Source: a virus (taxonomy: Duplodnaviria; Caudoviricetes). Taken from it: a DNA stretch of 38,891 nt. Under the pieces are notes generated by a model. The model saw only the letters and a list, made by a program, of their open reading frames with translations. It was not told where the DNA came from and searched no databases. Of the stretch, positions 34,240 through 38,891 are shown piece by piece. Made by a program: the position numbers and the translations under genes. The stretch lies in IMG/VR virus record IMGVR_UViG_3300020045_001776, positions 1 through 38,891 of that record; one strand, 5' to 3'. Numbering within the stretch: the first letter of the stretch is position 1; each line of letters starts with the position of its first letter.

Positions 34240-34659
34240 TTAGCGGTTAATGTAAAGCGGTGTAGTGAAGTCAACATTAAACGGCCCAGCAGTGCTAGAC
34301 ACTGTGCCGCCAAAGTCAACAAAGCCGATCAATTCATCAGTTGCAGCCGTACCGACTGCCTTATACAGCCAGCCACCTACCGCTGTGATAGTGGCCGTAG
34401 CCCAGCCTGGAGTGAGATCAGTGACGTTAACAGGCGTGCGGTTATTGGTAGCGTCAACAGCGCCAACAGACACAGTTACAGCCACGCCGCCAGCGGTATA
34501 GCCTACTCCAGTCACTTCGTTCAATACGTCATTGCGAAAGTCAAAAGCGTCAAAGTCTGCCTCGCTTGGTACGCTTGACACCAGCAGAAATTTAAACGAA
34601 CCAGTGAAATAAGCGTCAGCAAGTCGCTTAGTGAGTGTGAGTGAGTTTGCGGATGCCAT
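34240..34659 (-). CDS. conserved structural protein (head/collar accessory)
   Basis: NEV.G.GYTAGG...DA.NNR...W..ATITA.G..LYK...LIG.VDFG...SS.AG.F. Confidence 0.7.
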   Translation of the reverse strand: MASANSLTLTKRLADAYFTGSFKFLLVSSVPSEADFDAFDFRNDVLNEVTGVGYTAGGVAVTVSVGAVDATNNRTPVNVTDLTPGWATATITAVGGWLYKAVGTAATDELIGFVDFGGTVSSTAGPFNVDFTTPLYINR

Positions 34660-34859
34660 TATTCAGCCTCTTTCTGTTTAGCGGGACGGCCACGTTTTGC
34701 GGGGGTTTCTTCGGATTGTTCTGGCTCGATAAAATCGACTTTTTGTAAATCACCGCTAATAGCTGATTCCCAACTATCGTCAATTTCAGCTACTTCACTT
34801 GGTGCAATCGTCACATTGCCAACATGTTTAAGGCCATAGCCTTTGTTAATTACTTTCAT
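34659..34859 (-). CDS. small protein downstream of major capsid
   Basis: AGGAG RBS; MKVIN...I.P; KRGRP tail. Confidence 0.7.
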   Translation of the reverse strand: MKVINKGYGLKHVGNVTIAPSEVAEIDDSWESAISGDLQKVDFIEPEQSEETPAKRGRPAKQKEAE

Positions 34860-34879
34860 TTACACTCCTAATATTTTGT

Positions 34880-34914
34880 GCATTTTAACAGTGAAAATGC
34901 GCTAGGTGTATAAT
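34880..34914. promoter_or_regulatory. divergent promoter pair
   Basis: - strand TG-T-TAAAAT (34890-34882); + strand TATAAT (34909-34914); inverted repeat GCATTTT/AAAATGC. Confidence 0.55.
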
Positions 34915-34982
34915 AGCGAAAACCCCGAAAGACTGCAATCTTAACGGGGCTTCTAACCAATGTATAAGCAAGGATATACACA

Positions 34983-35702
34983 ATGGCTAAAACCGATTCT
35001 ACACGAGATTTTTATGTTTACGTTCACCGTCGGGCTACTGATGGCCGCGTTTTTTATGTTGGCAAAGGAACTGCTGATAGAGCTTGGTTAAAGTCATCTA
35101 GGAAAAATTCACACTGGCATCGCATAGTTGCGAAATACGGTCGAACTGTTGAAATAGTTCAATATGGAATGCAAGAGTGGTGGGCTCTTGAGTTCGAATG
35201 CGAATTAATATCATTCTATGGTAAATCAAATTTGGCAAATTTTACTGATGGAGGGGAAGGTTCTTCTGGATTCTTGCACTCAGATAAAACAAAACACAAG
35301 CTATCAATGCTTGCAAAAAATAGATCAATTGAATATAAATCAAAGCTTTCAAAAGCATTAATTGGTAAAAAAGCATCAGACGCCACAAGAAAAAAACTTT
35401 CTGATTCTCATATTGGAATGAAAAGAACAAAAGAATCAATTTTAAAAACTTCGTTATTTCACACAGGATCAAAAAGAAGTCAACTAACAAAAGATAGGAT
35501 GAAGTCTACAAAATCAATAATTGGTAATACAAATGCAAGAAAAATCAAATGCCTAACAACTGGTAATATTTTTGATTCTGCAAAAAATGCGGCTTTGTGG
35601 CTTGTATTGAATGGACGTGAAAAAGCAAAAGGATGCGGAATAACACAATGCCTTTCTGGAAAATCAAAAAAAGCATACGGACATTGTTGGGAATACGCAT
35701 AA
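34983..35702 (+). CDS. GIY-YIG-like homing endonuclease with NUMOD3/NUMOD1 DNA-binding repeats
   Basis: FYVYVH...FYVGKG, E..LI..YG..L.N.TDGGEG, HSDKTKHKLS / SDATRKKLS, F.SAK.AA...I..CL.GK.K.AYG..W; AT-rich, antisense to operon. Confidence 0.88.
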   Translation: MAKTDSTRDFYVYVHRRATDGRVFYVGKGTADRAWLKSSRKNSHWHRIVAKYGRTVEIVQYGMQEWWALEFECELISFYGKSNLANFTDGGEGSSGFLHSDKTKHKLSMLAKNRSIEYKSKLSKALIGKKASDATRKKLSDSHIGMKRTKESILKTSLFHTGSKRSQLTKDRMKSTKSIIGNTNARKIKCLTTGNIFDSAKNAALWLVLNGREKAKGCGITQCLSGKSKKAYGHCWEYA

Positions 35703-35724
35703 AAAAAGGGGCCGAAGCCCCTTT
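35701..35724 (-). terminator. intrinsic terminator after major capsid gene (possibly bidirectional)
   Basis: - strand AAAGGGGC-TTCG-GCCCCTTTTTTT. Confidence 0.85.
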
Positions 35725-35744
35725 ATTATTTGATCGTTAGATCA

Positions 35745-36707
35745 TCAAATGCCAGCACCATATGCGAATGCTAGCGGGCGTTTAACCACGCAACCAGCGA
35801 TGCGAGAACGCATAGGCACCACGAACTCATAGCCATTCAGTTGCGGGCTAGAAGTTTGCAGCATCATGGGGATTTCCAGCGCGTAGTTCATGGCGTTGTT
35901 TGCCACGGCATACATGCGATCCACACCAGCGCCACCAGCGGCAGTCAACTCGACCAAAGGTCGGAAGGTAACGCCGGGATGCACGTTACGCAAGAAGCCC
36001 AGAATGGTCGTGTCGGATGCGGTACTGTTTTGAGTGCTAGCAATCAGCGTGTATTGCGACACGGGAAGCCAAAACTCATTAGCAGTCATCAAGCCTTTAG
36101 TCTGCACCACAATGGCGTTAATCACGCTATTGATGTCACGGACAATTTGAGCTGCCGTCTTGGTAGAAAGCAGCTTACTTGAACCGGTGCCATCGGCGGC
36201 AATGGTAACTTCAGGCAGGCCGGAAGTGGTGAACAAGCCGGGAAGGTTGTTCTCAGTATCACCAAACCAAGCAATGTTATTCACTGCATCAGTGTGACTT
36301 TCAACAGCGGCAGCGGCTTTGTCAGTAGTCAGGCTAGTGCCAGCAAATGCAGAGGCTGCAATCTCTTGCTGATTGTAGCCAAAACCGATAGTGATGTTAC
36401 GAATCACGCCGGTATTTTCCTTGCGGAACACGTCGGCGCGGGGGACATCATTGCCAAGATTAGATCCGATCTTAGCCTTACCAACGCGGTCCGATTCGTA
36501 CCATACAAACGAGTTAGCACCGGCAGGAATATCGGTAGAAACAGGCATCACAGCCAAGGCGTTACGCGGTGCGTAAAGCGTGCTGTAAATCTGAGACTTA
36601 ACGTATTCCAACTGACGGGCGAAGTGAATCGACTCGTTAGCATCGAAGCGACCAGCGGACTCAATTGAGCGCAGGTCGTTTTGGTCATATTTGAGAATTT
36701 CAGCCAT
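35745..36707 (-). CDS. major capsid protein (DUF2184 / encapsulin-like HK97 fold)
   Basis: FARQLEYV...Y, G.AK.....D.PRAD, GFGY..QEI.A, N.IAWFGD....PGL, R.AG.VVKRP.A..Y..GI. Confidence 0.9.
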   Translation of the reverse strand: MAEILKYDQNDLRSIESAGRFDANESIHFARQLEYVKSQIYSTLYAPRNALAVMPVSTDIPAGANSFVWYESDRVGKAKIGSNLGNDVPRADVFRKENTGVIRNITIGFGYNQQEIAASAFAGTSLTTDKAAAAVESHTDAVNNIAWFGDTENNLPGLFTTSGLPEVTIAADGTGSSKLLSTKTAAQIVRDINSVINAIVVQTKGLMTANEFWLPVSQYTLIASTQNSTASDTTILGFLRNVHPGVTFRPLVELTAAGGAGVDRMYAVANNAMNYALEIPMMLQTSSPQLNGYEFVVPMRSRIAGCVVKRPLAFAYGAGI

Positions 36708-36718
36708 GATTAATGTCC

Positions 36719-37174
36719 TTATTTAACGGAAACCAGAGCCAAACCGGCGCCAGTTGTAGAGGTTTCAAAAGTAACGCTGATCTTGGTAAACGCCTCGATA
36801 CCAGCAGCAACAGCGGCATCAGTCAGGGCACCAGTAGCCACGGTTAGGTTAGCAACTGCACCAGCAACAACAGCATCCGAAGTCGGAACCCAGAACCAGC
36901 CTTCGCGCAAAGTGCTAACGGTTTCTTTGGCTGCGTATTGAACCGCACCGCCGCCATTTTGAATGATTGTGTGATCTTGCAAAGCAAAACCAATAGCAGC
37001 CGCTCCGGTTGTGGCTTTCTTTACCTGTTTTTCAGGATTGGTACCACGCATAACAGGGTATGCGATTGGGATAATCTCTTCAGCAGCGAAGGACGAAATA
37101 TCGTGGGATTCTACGCCGTACAGCATACCGGCATAAGCTGGTGCGCTGTATTGAGTGATAGAGGTTTGAGGCAT
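36719..37174 (-). CDS. capsid decoration/cement protein
   Basis: Q.S...Y..PAYAGM...S..AE..IP....V.RG; directly upstream of MCP. Confidence 0.75.
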   Translation of the reverse strand: MPQTSITQYSAPAYAGMLYGVESHDISSFAAEEIIPIAYPVMRGTNPEKQVKKATTGAAAIGFALQDHTIIQNGGGAVQYAAKETVSTLREGWFWVPTSDAVVAGAVANLTVATGALTDAAVAAGIEAFTKISVTFETSTTGAGLALVSVK

Positions 37175-37179
37175 GGTAG

Positions 37180-37662
37180 TTACTCCTTCTTTTTACCGAG
37201 ATTAGACATAAATGTTTTGTAGTCGTTACGTGGTTCAGCTTTTACGCCATCCACATTAACAACCTGTTTACGTTGCCCCTGCATAGCCGCATCAGCCTTC
37301 ATGCTGACAGACATATCAAAAGCCGCATTGACGTATTCGTCAGACTTTCCAGTCAGGTCAGCATCAGCGCGCACGGCCTTGATGACAGCTTCTTTAACTT
37401 CGCGGTCAGACTTGCCAGCGCAATCGACTTTGAAGCCTTCAGCGGCTTTGTCCAACTCAGCGCGGGCCTTGATCTCTGCACGGGCAGAATCCAGCGCGTC
37501 GGTCTTGACCTTAGCCAACTCAGCGGCAAAGCCATCAACGCGGGCTTTCAGCGTGTCACGCTCACCAGCTAGCTTTTCGGCTTCGGCTTTTTGGGCCTCG
37601 GACTGGGTTTTGAAATTCAAGGCATCAGCGCGCAATGTTTCCAGTTCTTCGGCTTCGCTCAT
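37180..37662 (-). CDS. scaffold-like coiled-coil protein resembling the C-terminal half of DUF2213 head proteins
   Basis: GERD.LKARVD...KSDREVKEAVI...DL.GKSDEYV.AAFD; GAGG RBS and ATGA coupling. Confidence 0.7.
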   Translation of the reverse strand: MSEAEELETLRADALNFKTQSEAQKAEAEKLAGERDTLKARVDGFAAELAKVKTDALDSARAEIKARAELDKAAEGFKVDCAGKSDREVKEAVIKAVRADADLTGKSDEYVNAAFDMSVSMKADAAMQGQRKQVVNVDGVKAEPRNDYKTFMSNLGKKKE

Positions 37663-38891
37663 GGCGCAAACCTCGCAATCACGGTGCCAGGAGTATAGCT
37701 GTTAAGCTCGCCGGATTCATACAGCACATAGACTGCGTTAGCGGTAACGGCTGGGTAGGTCACTGGCGGCGAACCAGGCCAAGTAACCTCAAGATCCACC
37801 ACGCCATTGGCAGCAAGCCCCAGGTGTGGCGCAAGCTGATCGTGCAATGCTGTTGTGCAAGTGATGATTACGCCTTCGACTTTTGCGCAGATTCTAGCCC
37901 CTATGCCGTGGGTGTTGGTGCCTGAGCCGCGCAAGTGGAGCTTGATGTAGTTGCCAATGCTGGACGTATTAGCAAAAAGGCCAAGGCTAAAGCCGCTGTG
38001 CGTTTTAACAATGTCGATTCGCCCGTCATTGTTGTAGTCAGCAGCATCTACCCACGGACGGCTAGCGTCGCCTGAGCTTTTCAAGTGGCTCCCAAAATTC
38101 TTGGTGCGGTCAATTGTGTAAATGCCGCCATTGTTTAACAGCAAGGTAACCGTGGTTTTCGTTGCGCTGTGCGTGCTCTGAATCTCACTAGCGAACACAA
38201 TATCGGGAAAGCCATTGTTGTCTAGGTCAGCAACGCGGGAATTGCCGTATGTAGTCCAATAGCCCTTGTTGTATAGCAAATTGTCTGCAAAGCCAGCCGC
38301 TGCGCTCTGATCGCTGAAGCTGCCGCCATCGTTTCGGTACATGCGCATCCGCACAAAGCCGTTTGCGTTGTAAATACCCATAAACACAAACACGTCATCA
38401 TCGCCGTCTACATCGTAGTCCAGCACGCCGTAGTGATTGCCACCCGCTCCAGAAAGCACAGGGAAAGTACCAGGCTGCCAGTTAAGAGCGCCTGCGCTGT
38501 ACTGCCAGTAGCCACCCGCGCATGGGTTTACGATCTCTGGCAAGCTGTCGTTGTCAGCATCAACTGCAATCAGCATGTCACAAAAGGCCTGCCCAGCAGC
38601 ATCAGGCTGTATCAGCTTTGCGCCCGTGTTGATGTCGATGATTTGGCCGATGGTTGTTTCGTTGCCTGCCAGTCGTGAGCGAACGTATTGCTCGATAATG
38701 CCGTCGCCGTTGATGTCGACGGGGTAGCAGAAATTGCGAGCGCTCTTAACCGTTGCGCTTAGCCAACCATAGCAGCCTTGCGACTTTGGCAAATACGTGG
38801 GCGTGCCACCTGCAATCGATGCTGGATTGATCTTGTAGCGCGCCGAGGGGTTTGAGTCTACATCATGGCCCCCGAAGCTCATCATGCCTTC
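37659..38891 (-). CDS. CRTAC1-like protein: FG-GAP/DxDxDG repeats + ASPIC/UnbV domain (5' truncated by window)
   Basis: DINGDG, DADNDS, DYDVDGDDD, DLDNNGFPD, DYNNDGRID; YRN.GG.F.D; NYIKL.LRG...N..GIGARI...HLGL...V.WP; frame open to window end. Confidence 0.85.
   Translation of the reverse strand, partial: EGMMSFGGHDVDSNPSARYKINPASIAGGTPTYLPKSQGCYGWLSATVKSARNFCYPVDINGDGIIEQYVRSRLAGNETTIGQIIDINTGAKLIQPDAAGQAFCDMLIAVDADNDSLPEIVNPCAGGYWQYSAGALNWQPGTFPVLSGAGGNHYGVLDYDVDGDDDVFVFMGIYNANGFVRMRMYRNDGGSFSDQSAAAGFADNLLYNKGYWTTYGNSRVADLDNNGFPDIVFASEIQSTHSATKTTVTLLLNNGGIYTIDRTKNFGSHLKSSGDASRPWVDAADYNNDGRIDIVKTHSGFSLGLFANTSSIGNYIKLHLRGSGTNTHGIGARICAKVEGVIITCTTALHDQLAPHLGLAANGVVDLEVTWPGSPPVTYPAVTANAVYVLYESGELNSYTPGTVIARFAP

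Noticed and set aside
34983-35702. Group I intron-encoded endonuclease
   Set aside because: Flanking genes look intact, the ORF is antisense and intergenic, and there is no room for an intron core

Overview
Partial genome of a tailed dsDNA phage with a contractile (myovirus-type) tail. The host is probably a betaproteobacterium, inferred weakly from a DUF1289 gene. Bases 1-15233 are a + strand early/replication arm: small accessory ORFs, a Sak4/AAA_24-type ATPase, a DUF669 SSB-like protein, two SF2 helicases, two DNA methyltransferase-like genes, a Cas4-like nuclease, a RuvC-like resolvase, ThyX and a MazG-like gene. It converges at a bidirectional terminator (~15240) with a - strand late arm: lysis, tail fibre, baseplate, tape measure, frameshifting chaperone, tube, sheath, neck, a LamG/repeat fibre, major capsid and decoration genes. 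Two + strand islands interrupt the late arm. One is a GIY-YIG/NUMOD homing endonuclease. The other, the most interesting feature, is a ~520-nt non-coding array (22351-22870) behind an orphan ORF. It is built from interleaved CTATCAA/TTGATRG repeats and contains two related non-canonical tRNA-like modules, the last ending in CCA. At the right edge a CRTAC1-like FG-GAP/ASPIC gene sits where the N-terminal part of the DUF2213-type head gene would be expected, so this may be a mosaic or an assembly chimera. No terminase, portal, polymerase, primase or integrase is visible. All family assignments come from motif recognition by eye, not database searches.
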